From Vermamoeba vermiformis (lineage: Eukaryota), in the NCBI GenBank assembly GCA_045837725.1, contig JBEWZL010000215.1:62001-126000 (forward strand): 64,000 nucleotides of DNA. Direction: 5' to 3'. Below the pieces are notes generated by a model. It saw only the letters and a list, made by a program, of their open reading frames with translations. It did not search any database and was not told the DNA's origin. The first letter of the stretch is position 1; the number at the start of each line of letters is the position of its first letter. Below, one piece after another: positions 1-12,943 of this stretch. Position numbers and translations under genes: made by a program.

Positions 1-3000
1 GAGGCACGGAAAGCAGCTGTTGGCGCGAGGTGAATTTGTTCTGCGCTCTGTAGCTCACAATCTCGCGCGCCAGTGCCGCATTGAGACCTGACACGTGTCG
101 CAGTTGATGGAGCGAGGCTGTGTTGATGTCAATGAGCGATGAATTGACTGCATCAATCACGCCTGACTCAAGCATTGTGTGCACATTAACGATGTCTTGT
201 TGCAGGGGATGGACGCCTGTATATGTTATGAGTTGATATGTGGATGATAATTTACTCTATCAATGACCTACCAATCGCATCCACTTCAACTTTGACGAGT
301 TCTTCGAGTGGATCTTGCAGTCGTCGAGCAACAGAGACTGCTGCGCGCATTTGAGTGTCAAGACTCTGTTTAATACAATTAGAATACTGTGACTGTTTAA
401 CGTTGATAGCTATCAATAACGTACTGGAAACTCTTCTCGTCCAAGATCTGAACTAGCGTAACTCCTGAATGAATGTTAGTACCGCTATGTATACTCCAAT
501 ACTCATGCACGCACACTGCAGCCAGCTCATTGACTATCATGAACTTGACATTGGTTTTGAACTCCGCGTTGATGTTGGCCAAGAATCGTTCTGTCTCACG
601 CGCTCCGAACCCTGATGGATTAGGAGCAATCAGTGAGCTGTTGGATATGACAAGCAGATTATATTACCTTGCGAAATTGCTACAGCGATAACGTTGTGCT
701 GGCGATACAGTCCTAACAGTGCCTCTTTAGCCGGGGCCGGTTGACTGATGGGCGGGTGCGGATAGATCAGCGTGGAAGTTTGCAACACTCCGCGCTCATT
801 GATCACTGCTACACGACAGCCTAATTAGGAAGTCAGTTTAATGACTTGAGTGGGTACATTGATTCATTTCTACCTGACTTGTAGCCCGGATCGATGCCCA
901 TGATTGCACCGCGCACAGGTGGCTGCAACACAGACTGATAGACGCTGTTGTATATCACACTCGTCATTGGCTCACTGGCTCGTGCTACAACCAGGTGTTA
1001 GTTACTAACATCACTGACACGTCTAATCGATGGGCTGAGCTACATACCAGCAGCACGAGCACGCACTTCAGCTGCAAATATTGGCAGCAAGTAATGTTTG
1101 CAGGCCTGGTCGATCGCATTGGTGATGTACAGCGCGTAGTCTGAACTCGCGTCCTTCAAGTAGCGCGTCTTCAAATAGCCTTGAATGTCGTGCGGGAACT
1201 CAATGTCGACGTGCAAATATCCTTCTCGCTCACCTGTCACACGTGTTAATATCAATAGCAGAGGTTGAAATGACGTAATCAATAACAATTGGATTAGTAC
1301 TGATCTGATGTTATGTCCCCAGTACTTGTTGTATATCCATACCCTTATTCATGGTGAGCAGGCGAATATTGGACATATTGGCGAGGGGCTCAAACACTTG
1401 AAAATAATCGCGGAACTTGTGCGCGCGTTTGATGTAATCTGTCATTGCCTAATTAGTACATGCCAAGTCGGTACTCGATGCTCTTACCTTGATCTTTGTT
1501 CTGCCTCTCGACACTGACCAACTTGTTCGACTTGGTGCACTTGACAATAGCATCGGCAGTGAAGTGTTGTCTGATGTAGTCGCGCACTGATTGGTCCGCG
1601 CAGATCTGTTCAGCTGCGAGTTGAACGGCCGCTTTCATCACCGAGGGGTAGTCTGGATAACCTTGTTCTAGTCATGCAAGTTAGTACTGAGTAGTTTGAG
1701 TATATTAGGATTGTAATTAGTAATAGAAATTCTTTTTAATCTTCCTAATTGCAGCAAGTAGCGCGTTAGACATAATTAATAATATTTCTTTAAGTATGGT
1801 ACTATGAAGAAATTACCAGGTTTGATGAAAGACATGGCAAAAGCATGTAGATTCATATTCGGAGTGTCAAAAGGAGTTTGATCGAGTAATTTCGCTGTCA
1901 ATTTATCCAAGCCGACGACTTTAATCGGCGCAGTGCGAGGATTACTCTCCAATTTAATGGGAATATAATAATCTGCAACTTCTATAATAAAATATAAATA
2001 TCTATTGTCGTCTCATTGTATTATGTATGTTTAACCTGTAAAACTGGTCGCAGCTAAGATCTTGGTTTTAAGATCCGCTGTCAGTTTGCCCTTGGTAAAT
2101 ATGGCGTGCAGAATGTATTGTTTATATTTGGCTAAATTATTGCCCTCACGCCATTGTTTTTCAATCTCGCGCAGATCTGCAAGGCTTTTACGTTCCTAGA
2201 TTTGTGGTAATATTTGTTATAAATACGAAGGTCATTGATTAATATATAGGTATTTAGGTTAAAATAAAGCTGTTGCAAGCTTGTTAGTTGGTTGTAGTGC
2301 TAATAGAATTCCGCTAGGAGTTAACTAATAGAAAGAAATATCCTCTCGACTTACGGTGATATTGCGCTTGTAGGCGTGAATGAATGGCACGCTGCAACCA
2401 CTCTCCAACAGTGTGACTAGTGCTTGTGCCATCGTCAGTTCAGTCTTGGTACGTGTAACAATCCGCTGTATAATCTGTTCGCGCACAGCACTCTGATCGA
2501 TGCGCTCAGTGTCGTCCAGTTGGTCCAACACCGCGGTCAAGTAGTGGCTGTCTGGCTTGACGAGCGAGCTGACAAAGATCTTGTTGATGTTCTCAGCAAA
2601 GCTGTCATGTTTCTCTTTCTTCGGCGCGTGTTCATGACTCGCAGCTTGATGTTGTCTTGGACCAGTGGCTGGGCGTTGTGGCGGGCCCGATGGCACACCA
2701 CGTGATTGAGGGGTGAATTTCTTGCTCGGAATAACTTTGCGGTGTCCGGGCTGAGCTCGGCCTCGACCATAGTTCTGCGGCTGTCTGTTCATTTGATTCG
2801 CAGGCAGTGCAGCGACAATGTTCTGCGTGGGTGTGAGCAACAGATTGACGAGTTGTTGCGTGTCCATGTTGTTCAGCACTGCGGGGGCCAGTGGACCAAG
2901 GGACGCGAGTGCGCTGAGTGGTGAGCTGAGCAAGTTGAGTTGAGGTACAGTTTGTGGCTGCTGATACGGTGCTGGTTGTTTGGGACCACGTGCACCATAG

Positions 3001-3610
3001 CCCCCGTGACCTCCGCGGCCTCGTCCTTGATGTGGAGGACGGGCATTGGAGCCACGGTATTGGCCTGGTGGTCCATAGCCTGGCTGCTTAGGTGCGTGTG
3101 CTCGAGGCTGCGGTGGTCTGTTGGGACTCGGTTGATAGGGCACAGCTTGTGGTGCTTGACTGTAGTTGTAACCTTGTGGGTATTGATTGCCTGCTGGATA
3201 GCTGCCAGGACCTTGCTGCTTGTAATTAGCTGGTGGATATCCACGCGCTGCTTGTTTTGGTGGTCGAGGATTGTTATTGCGCTTGGGAAAGGCTTTGGGT
3301 CTGTTTTGCCACTTGGGTTGATGATGCACAGGTGGTGGAGCTGATCCTTTATTTAAAATTAAAATAATTGCACGACTATTGATGTCATACTTAGATAAAT
3401 TATTTACGGCTTGTAAAGTGTAATTTAAAATTTACTATTAAATGTTTAATAAAATTCCGCAGTTGATCAGAGATCGCCCCTACCAGGATTTTGATAGCCG
3501 TAAGCATTGTAAGTATTTTGCTGATCGGGATAACCAGGATACTGTCCTTGACCGTATTGATTGTAATTGGGGTAATTAGGCTGTCCGTAGCCTCCGTTAT
3601 TTCCGTACAT
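1..3610 (-). CDS. Tex/SRBD1-like protein (Tex-N, YqgF-like RNase H fold, HHH) with a long Y/G/Q/P-rich low-complexity N-terminus; multi-exon, 3' end runs off the window
   Basis: ATG at 3610 ([16 protein letters not shown]), spliced to ORF 2325-3329. Downstream exons give [23 protein letters not shown] (~880-905) and [43 protein letters not shown], all typical of the Tex family. Confidence 0.85.
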
Positions 3611-3759
3611 GCTGCAGTATCTTCCTAAGTAATCTTACACATCACAGCTGTTGTCGTCACAAAAATAATTCTGCTTGCAAGTGGTTTTTACTATTTACAA
3701 CTTTTCTTGTCAAAGAAAAAATAGACTATGTACATGCTTAAAATAGACCCATTACTCGA

Positions 3760-6675
3760 TTAACACAGATCTGAGTCCTCATTATTATCACTCGCAGACT
3801 GCTCCTGGTTCTCTTGCTCAACGACAGCAGGTATTTCTTTAGCTTCAGTCTCAGCACGTGCTTCACTCCCACTGCCGCTCTCTTTTGTTTCAGGCTCCAG
3901 CTCGTCTTTGAGCTCATTGGCCAGTTCACGCATCAACTGATCGTGCGAAGACTGTGCGTGTTCTATGCTCGGCCGTAGTGTCTCACTCGAATGTCGACGG
4001 CGCAAAGGAGCTAGTTCTGGCACGCGATGGGAGTCGAGTGTGCTCTCGAGTGAGTACTGGGCCTCCAAATTGTTCTGTTGCCGCACGTGATCAATGTCAT
4101 CAAAGCTGCTGACGCGGCGAATGGTGTGACGGTGATTGGCAATGCGACTGCGCGGTGACGGGGCGACAGCTTGACTCGTGGCCACATCGGCACTCAGATC
4201 TGAGGAGTTGCGCAACCAACTCGGTGGCAAGAGGTCACTTGTCAGCTCTACAATGGTGGGTCGTGTGTCGAGATTATCACTTCCATGCTGCACTGTATCG
4301 CTCTCGGGCCTGACACTGATTTGAGTGTTGTTGTTATTCTCGTTGTTGTCAGCGGTACTCTCTTCGGGCTCTGCTCCGAATATCGTGTTGAAGTACGTGC
4401 TCTTGAATTTGCTGCGTAACAACGAGCCCTTCAAGTCACCAGCCTTGGCTTCAGGGGGCGGTGGAATCACGTACTCGGTCTGCTTCTGCCACAACTTGCT
4501 GATGATGTATTCTTTCCATTTCTGACGCCACTATTAGCGCACAATACTCATTACAATAATATCTACGGCGTACCATATGATTCAACACGGAGAAGTCTTC
4601 CTCGTCCTTGGCAATGATGAGCAAGTACTTGGTCAAGAAGAAGAGTTCTTTGTCCTCGTGTCTGTTCTTCAAGGCCTCTTTGAACGGTGTCACTTGAAGA
4701 CCGTTCTCGGGGTTCAATTGGAAGTTGGTGGACACGTCATCGATCTGAGCATAATTAGTTTTGAAATAATATTAATGTAGCGGTCGCATACGTGAATTGT
4801 GTTCTTCTTGCTGTAAAATTCGCCGAATTTGCTCCAAATCACTTGCAAAGGCTTGATAGTTTCGTCCCAGACTTTGCCGCTTTTCTTTTTGCGTGCCAAA
4901 AACATGTTTTCCTTGGACAAGACGAGTGAAATCTTGTAGTCGGGATTGGTGTACACGCCCAAGTACTTCATCTTCGCGTCAATAGCTGCCATCGATGTTG
5001 CAGACCAGATGACAATGTCGTAGAACTCGTAACACACTTTCTGCACGAGACAACGCGTCAGTGATGAGTGCGCGGAGTAACGTTAATACGCACCAAGAAC
5101 TCGTGCAAATACGGCCTCTTGAACTCGGGAATGATCGAGGTGTCGGACTTGAACTCCTCTTTGACGACCTCGTACCAGTGGTGATCGAACAGCGTGTAGT
5201 CAATGTCCAGCACCAGACACCTTCGGCCCTTGGACTCGTCAGTGGGCTGGTTCATGACTTTAATCTCGGTCTGCGGATTGATTAGCGGGTCTATTTATAG
5301 CTCAACTTCATCCTGTTACGTACACTGCACACGAGTTGCATTTTGAGATCTAAATGTGGGTCATTGTCTTCGAGGTCAATCTCCACCATGCCCGATTCTA
5401 GTGGCATATTAATATGCTGCATATAAGCCCGATATAGTGCACTTACTCGTGTTATTAGCGTTGTTATGTTGTTTAGGGGGCTTGTCTTTCTTTTTCTCTT
5501 TTTTCTTCTCGCTGTTCGTATTGTTGTGATTGTTGCCGCTGCTCCTCTTCGATTTATCTTTCTTTTTTGCCTTTTTAAGTAATTTTTCTTCACGCTTTTT
5601 GCGCTTTTCTTCTTTTGCAATCTCGCGTCGCATAATCGAATCTTTGAGCACGTCAATTTCAGCTTTCAACATGAGAGCGCGGTCCTCGTCGCTCTTTTCA
5701 TATGCTTTGTGTAATTCTTCGAATAATTCGTCCAATCGCCGTTGTTCTTGTTTCGCAAGCTCGCGTTTTTCTAAAGTGTCAAGAATGTCGTTTAGTTAAA
5801 GTTTAAAATATTCGAACTAATATGTTATATAAGGGTATATTGTAGTAATATCAACTATTACAAGTGATTTAATTACCTCTTCGCCTTGCTTCTTTCGCTA
5901 AGCGAGCTTGTTCGGCGTCATAACAAGCTATGCAGACACGCACTTCATCGTTCATATTAAACAGCGGCAAGGCACAGAACTTGCAGCAACTAGCGCAGAA
6001 AATATTACCGCACGCTCGGCAATGATGCTGTTTAAGGACAAACGTTAATTAATTTCCCGTGTTAATGAACTAGATCAGCAAAATTACTAGTAATACGCTA
6101 AATAGCATAAAATATTAATGCCAAATTTATAGATATAAACAAAGGCTACATTTGGAGCTACGATCTGATTTAATATGATTGACAGGCAGAAAATTGAACA
6201 AAATTTTGTTGATTTTTTCAAATAATATCATTAATTCGGTTAATAATTTCTCTATTATAGTGCGGTAATGAGTGTAACTTTGAGACCCTTTTGAAGAAGG
6301 ACATGGCACTGGAAATTTAAAATAAATTTTGTAATTGCTTACCCTGAAGCGTAGGAAAGAGAATGGCTGATTACACCGTGAACAGGCACTAACGTAATCA
6401 TCAGGGACCCATTTAGGCAACTCTATTTTCTTTCTTTCTGTTTTATGATCGGATTTAGATGGTGGTTTGTTTTTTGAAGGTCGTGCCGTGCTTTCACTCT
6501 TCTTTTGAGGTGTAGATTGTGTCCTTCGCCGTGTCGTGGGCTCTTTATTATTATTGTTATTATTATTGGCGTTATCAGTGCCATCTGTCTTCCCATCTTG
6601 CACGTCCTTTTCAGTGCGAAACGCGGCGTCCTCCAATGACAAGGCATTCATAATTAAATGTGGTAATGCCTCCAT
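3760..6675 (-). CDS. FYVE-domain + coiled-coil + UBLCP1-like HAD (FCP/SCP-type) phosphatase; multi-exon
   Basis: FYVE: WVPDDYVSACSRCNQPFSFLRFR|HHCRACGNIFCASCC...RVCIAC. Phosphatase: CLVLDIDYTLFDH, KRPYLHEFL, YDIVIWSATS, NTIH|IDDVSTNFQLNPENGL. All splice phases join in frame. Confidence 0.85.
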
Positions 6676-6892
6676 TGATTGTGCCGCGCGTTAAATAGAT
6701 AAATAATGCCCGCATAAGTTGCTCTAAATTTTTACACGCTCGGAAATTTCACTCTTCGCATGATTTTTATTAATTACATTTACAATGGCAACTAATCTAT
6801 ACGGCGACAACGTCACCCAACCTAACCAACATATTACGCAATTGCACCTAATGGAAGGGTTACTAATGCAGAGTTGGAACAATTTCGGATCC

Positions 6893-8878
6893 TTAACCTA
6901 CCGCTCTGAATGCGACGCAACGACCCAAACTGATTTGGAACTTGATCTGATCGACCGAGTCCACTATATACACGTCTTTGTTGCACTTCTTGCAGCTACG
7001 CACTTCGTCGGAGTGTTGCGACACCTCCAAGTTCTCTAGCAACAGCGGACACTCGTAGCCGAATGAACAGTTTTCTAATGTACCAGCATGATTAATCATC
7101 AAGTTAATAACAACTCATAATCATATATACCAATTGGCTGTGGATCCGATGACTTTTCCATTGCCTGCAATCGTTTCTTGCAGTATTTGTGCCAGTCTCT
7201 GATCTTCACATTTGGATTCTGATTCGGGAATTCATCCAAGGCCAATCGACGCCATATATTGTTGTCGGTGCTGAGAGTGTTGAACAGCTTGTTGACACGT
7301 GCCAAACACAGAGTTGTAAACGGCATTGAATGCGCAGCGTACTGTGATCGTGAATTAGTCAAATCAACGAGATAAATACCGCTCAAGCTACTCACTGAAA
7401 TGATGTGCGCGATTGTCTCTTTCGGCAAGGTCAAGATGAAATTTTGTCGCTCGGACTTGGGCCACGCACTCAAGTCCCACACGAAAGGCGAGGTACCAAA
7501 GTTGTAACTGAGTCTGATGTCTTTGCCCGCGAAACTAATTGTCGGGAAACAATCCATGGCCGGGGACACTTTGGCCTCCAAAAATTGCAAAAATTCTCCG
7601 TTCAACGTAATAAATATGCGACGCATGTTGAATGAATCAAATGCAACGCCACAGCCAATCACATCGCCTTGCTTGAACGGTGAGGTCTTGCCAATGCTGT
7701 CAAAATTAGCACCGAGATTGCCAGTGTTGTGCCACGCGAATGAGTTCTGCATCTGACCCAAACACTGCTCCGCTCTGAATCGTTGATCGCTGAAGCCAAT
7801 GGTGAGTTGTTCCACGGCTGTGAAACATTAGTAATGCTACGAGATTTGTCATTATATTGACGTCTAATTACCTTTAAGGGCTAGTATCTTGAGCTCAAAG
7901 TACGGCTGCACATTGACGAGGCGAGGGAATGCAGCATTGGCCTGCAGTGACACCGCGACCTGATTGGTCAGAGTCAGCACGCCATCGTCTTGCGTGCACT
8001 CGGCGTGATCGAGTTGAAAGGCCGAAGGATAGCGATAAGGTCGCTGTCGCTGCAATTAGCTCCGTCGTTCACTGAATGTAATTCAAATCACTCACCGGCT
8101 CAATGTCGTGCACGAAGGGCATCTCACCCAAATTGACTGCAACTTTCTCGTAGAGGCTGTGCATGCCCACCAGCGGATATACCTTTTTAGGGAACTTGGA
8201 TGTGATGGGCAGTGTTTTCTTCTTGCCGTTTGGCAGCACGAAAAAGATGTTCTCTGTAACGAGGATCAGCACGATATTTGACCGTTACGGAACTTACTTT
8301 GAGCGAAGTCAATGCCGCAACCGACCACTGCATCTTCTACGGCCCATGTAGGCCCAAAATTCGGGATTACATTACCGTTTTCGAAACCGCCACCGTCATC
8401 CGCGTGGTATCCAAAAGAACCTAGATCCGAGTGCTTAGTTTTTCCAAGCCATTGCGCTACTTAATATAATACCTTTGAACCAGCCAGGTTGTTGGTTGCC
8501 AGAGCACTTTTCAAGGTCGGTTAGACCAATGCCGATCGTGCCTTTCATACCAGGGGATAGAATGCGAACCTCTGATATTAAATTAATTATTTCAGTATTT
8601 TCTAGCCGAATCGTTAAAATATATATGGTCTTTTTCTTTTCTAATTTTCCACCAGCTTGAGCTGGAATAAAAAATCAGCAATTTCGCGGGCACATACCAT
8701 AATAGAAAAGGGTTTTACTTCCACCTTTTTCCCACGGTTTGGTAGCATGAAAATTCAACACATCACCGTTACCAAAGTACGTCAAGATCTTCTCCTTGCC
8801 ATTCTCAACTCCACCCAAGCCAGGAATACCGCCCACAAATTCATTGGATGTATTGCCGAATATTGCTTTAAGCACCAT
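6893..8878 (-). CDS. Tandem SPRY domains + F-box + C-terminal Cys-rich module; multi-exon
   Basis: SPRY motifs YYEVRIL, QPGWFKGSFGYHADDG, VVGCGID and GDVIGCGV. F-box LTLPKETIAHIIS|YAA...LARVNKLFNTLSTDNNIWRRLAL. Confidence 0.8.
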
Positions 8879-9016
8879 GGTGTGTTCTCCCTTGGTTTGT
8901 TATGCTGAAAGTAAATTATCCGCCGGTCATTTTTAGTTGATCTAAAAATACCACCCAACTCTCTCTGCGAGTTCGCAAACTCAGATTTAATACTACACAA
9001 ATACACAAATGGATGA

Positions 9017-10628
9017 TTAGAATGATAATACAACGGCAATTAAGGCCAACAGCAGTGCAAGAGTGCCCGCTTCTTTGGTGACCGAGCCACGATTCTGACT
9101 CGGGTTCTGCGCGCTCGGAGTTGAAGACTGCGAGGGTGTGTTAGGACCAGTCTGCGCAGAGGGGGTGTCAACGGGAGTGCGCGAACAGACTGAGCCCTCT
9201 TGCAAGATGTCTACTGAGCACGTGAAGCCGTTCTCTACGGTGCAGTCACTAGCGCAGCCATCGTTCGGGTCACGATTGCCGTCATCACATTGTTCTGAGC
9301 CCGCAACGAATCTATCACCGCACACTGAGCGCGCAGAGGTCAGTTCAAGTGCATAATTAATATTATCGGTGAGGTCTACTTACCAACTGTATTGCGCGTG
9401 CCAGCGATCAATACCCACGACTCGTGTGTCTGACTGTAGCCAAATCCGACCTCGTTCATCTAAAACAACTGTCAGTCCCGTCGATGACAAGCACTGTGTA
9501 CACTAAGGACTCACTTGACCCACGAGGTTTTGCTTGTTGCTCATCAACAGGCTCTGTAACAAAGAGCCTGCGTCAAAGAATGCCGTGCCTTGCGAGGCAA
9601 TACTAACTGCGAGTCAAATGTAAGTAACTGCTCTCCGATGCAACGGGAATAAAACTCACCTGCATTGCCATCGTACGACTTGCCAGCCAACGCAAAGGCG
9701 GTTGAAAGTTCGGTCGTGTTGCCTGTCGCGATTAAACCGGCTACAGTTTCCAAAAGGCTGTTGTAAAAAACAGGCGACAAGCTGTTGTTAGCGCGGAAAT
9801 GGTTCAGCACTACAATCGCTTGTAACTCGGGTGCAAGGCCAAAAGTGCGCAGATCTGCAAGGGGGGTGGTTTAATAACGGGTATAAATTGAATTCACAAA
9901 AGATTTTCAATCGATTCAAAGCGCTGAAATATGCGAATCGGCGAGAATAATTTGCTAATGAACTTCACGCCGGCTACGATTGAATACTTGACTTACTTTG
10001 ACAAGGATCCGCGGTGAAAGCATCGCTAGCAACAACCAAACTGTCGTTACCAATTAATCGGACAGTGTATGTAGCACTTGCTGATGGAAGTAAGTACCAA
10101 TCTGCATATCCTAAAAGAACGGCTTTTAAGAACGTTGATTAACAATAATAGATTTGATCTAATAAACCGTTGAGCCGGGAACAATTTGGCCCTTTGGACC
10201 ATGCAAGAATTACTTTGAAATTTATGTTCAGTATAAGTACCTTCTGCTGTTGTTGGAGTAAAGGTAAAAAACACCGTGCCGACGATCAAACTGGACGTGG
10301 CTTGAATATACTGGCCTGAAGTCCAACCATTCCAATGAACTCTGTACTGGTACGTGCTACATAGATTTGCTTTATCGACGGTAATACCTATTGTAGAACG
10401 TGAGCCGTCATCTATTTTCGAAAATAAAGGAAACGAAAAAATTGAAACCAAAGCAGCAACCAAACTGACAAAGGTCTGACAATACTTGGGCTGTTTGGCT
10501 TGAGATTAAAGGTAGAGAAATAATATCCGAAAATGATCCATTGTAACCGATAACTTACTCTGTCCCCTTGTAGATCCCATCACGATACAAGCGATCATGA
10601 AGCACGCCAATACATTCATCAAGCCCAT
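9017..10628 (-). CDS. Secreted/GPI-anchored surface protein with a Myxococcus-type cysteine-rich repeat; multi-exon
   Basis: Signal-peptide-like start MGLMNVLACFMIACIVMGSTRG. Repeat CGDRFVAGSEQCDDGNRDPNDGCASDCTVENGFTC. S/T/P stalk and hydrophobic C-terminus AGTLALLLALIAVVLSF. Confidence 0.7.
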
Positions 10629-10895
10629 GGTGGTACACGACTTTTGCTATTAATGATAAAATAACAATCTGCAACGTGCACAATAGTTGATGACAAGTGA
10701 CATTTTGAAAGCGCGCAGATCTCCGACTATTTAATTAATTTGTACTCTGGCACGTGCGCACTAAAATTTGAAATTGTTACAAACCCTCTTTTAATATTTA
10801 CACTTTTTATTCTTCAAATCATGAACTGCAGCCTCAATCAACAGATCGCTGATCAAAAACACGAATCCACTTAGAAGTTAACCGTTTCATTGGAT

Positions 10896-12611
10896 CTATT
10901 TGTGATTGAGGACCTTGTACTCCCAACCAAAAATAGCTTTCATTCGCTGCCAGAAGTTCTGTTCCCAGCCCTGCACTGTTCGCTCGAAGTCGCTGTCAGG
11001 AATGCCCGCCTGAACCAAGTGCAGCACTGTGGTACCGTCCTCGTTGTCGAAGTTCATTGTGAGCTCGGAGAAATGGTTCTCAGGCCATGATTGGAAGCGC
11101 CACTTCTGCACAATCTTTTTATTGAGGTCCTGTCAAGGGAATGTCATATGGCATACTTCGTAAGAATCGCTAGTGTCAAGTACTTACCACTTCAACATTC
11201 GAACCAGTCACAGAACCACGGAACATGTTGAACGTAGCACCGACGTCGCGCGAGATCTGCGAGGCTATTAGTACGATAGTCGAAAGGTATAAGCGACCAG
11301 GAAATAAGTCAAGGTCAAATTGAAGTCAGCTTCTAACGTGTCATCAAATATCAGAGGATTGACAGATTATAGAAGAAAAGATCATCATATCAAGTGTCAT
11401 AATGGAGTAATTATTACATTGTCATACACTTACTTGAGCGGGACTAGCTGTGAAGGCAGAGATACGGCCAGAATCGAAGAAGGTCTCGTACAAAATGTGC
11501 GTGGGGACATTGAAACGAATGCTACACGAGTCGGTTAGTCACTGGCCGCGAGATGAGAGTCATTTTCAGTACTCACCGTGCTTCGTAAGTCTTGCCCTTC
11601 GAGCTCGAGGAAGAGGAAGAGCCGCTGGTAGAGCTGTTAGCGACAGGCTTAGGAGCAGGCACGGGGACAGGACTGTTGGAGTTTGATTGCGATGGAGTGA
11701 CTTGGAACTTGCCCTCGTCACGCTTAGCTGTTTGCATGCAGTTAGCTGGCGAGTACTTTGAGCGAGGTAAGAGGACTTACTTTCTTTCATTTCTTTCAAA
11801 AAGGCAGGAATCAATTTCTTCACGACAGGCACGACACTCTTGCGCATCAACTCTTTCACTTTGTCATCGCCATCACCCGCAACTTTGATCTGTAGCCACC
11901 GATTAGCCGACTATTCCAAGGAGTTACTAGCTGCCTCACTTACCTCAAACTCATCGTCAGCGTTTGTGGACTCGATGTCCTTCAGTGTGACAGTGCCGCT
12001 GCATTCGGCCTCACCAAGAGTGCCTACGGATCCGTTAGGAAATGAATTAAATAGTAAATCTCAATAATTTACCTTTCCATTTCAACTTGACCTCAAGGTC
12101 GTAAATAAAAATTGTTTTGTTTTTTCTAACGTTGCTAGCGCAGTCACCGGTAACACTGTCGCACTTGGTAATTTTGAGATTCGCTCCTGACTCGCTGCAC
12201 GGTACTTCAACCTCTGTAAACATCTCCTCAAGACGCTGTTTAGTCCAGTTAAGCAGGTTGACTTCGGCCCTGTCATGAGGCGTGTTAATTAGCACCTTCT
12301 AAAGTGGATCGGCCACTGGGCAATACGGTTTTATGGTTTAAATCATAAGGCGGATCTTTTCATGAACTTACCAATGCCAATTATTCAAGTTTTTGCCGTC
12401 GCTTCTATTCTCGACGAGCCATCTGAGAAAAAGAGATTTAGTAACAATTTTAAAAAATAATATAAACAAAAGCGAAGTGAACGGTAATTGGTTCACTTTT
12501 TAATTGCTATACGCGAACCGCCATATTTTAAATTATTTAAACCCGCAAGTCATTTAGTAACACAGATCGAACGAGTGCCTACCTTGGATCTCCTTCGCCA
12601 ACCTTTGCCAT
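10896..12611 (-). CDS. AHA1: Activator of Hsp90 ATPase (Aha1); multi-exon
   Basis: MAKVGEGDPR|WLVENRSDGKNLNNWHW, RKNK motif, and C-terminal START-like domain QKWRFQSWPENHFS...GWEQNFWQRMKAIFG. Confidence 0.95.
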
Positions 12612-12943
12612 ACTGCTAAACTATGAGAATACAACCGTAGCAACAAAAAAATACGATTGGTAGTCACAAAACAGTGGAGTTCTATCAACTGATGACGTAA
12701 CAAGCGCGTCACGGTTTGCTGGCCAAAAAAATTTGACTGGCAAAGTTCAGTTAGATCTCACCGACTTTCCGCGGATATTCAGAATTAAGAAACGGGCACG
12801 ACGTCTAAACTTAGTTTTAAGTTCGTTTTTACTTAGGTGTAGTGAGTACAAGATTACAAATTGCGTCTAAGAGTTGCTGCTCTCAAACGAAATAAAAAAA
12901 ATTAGCGTTATCTTACAAACGCTCGTCGCGGTCTTAAATAAAG

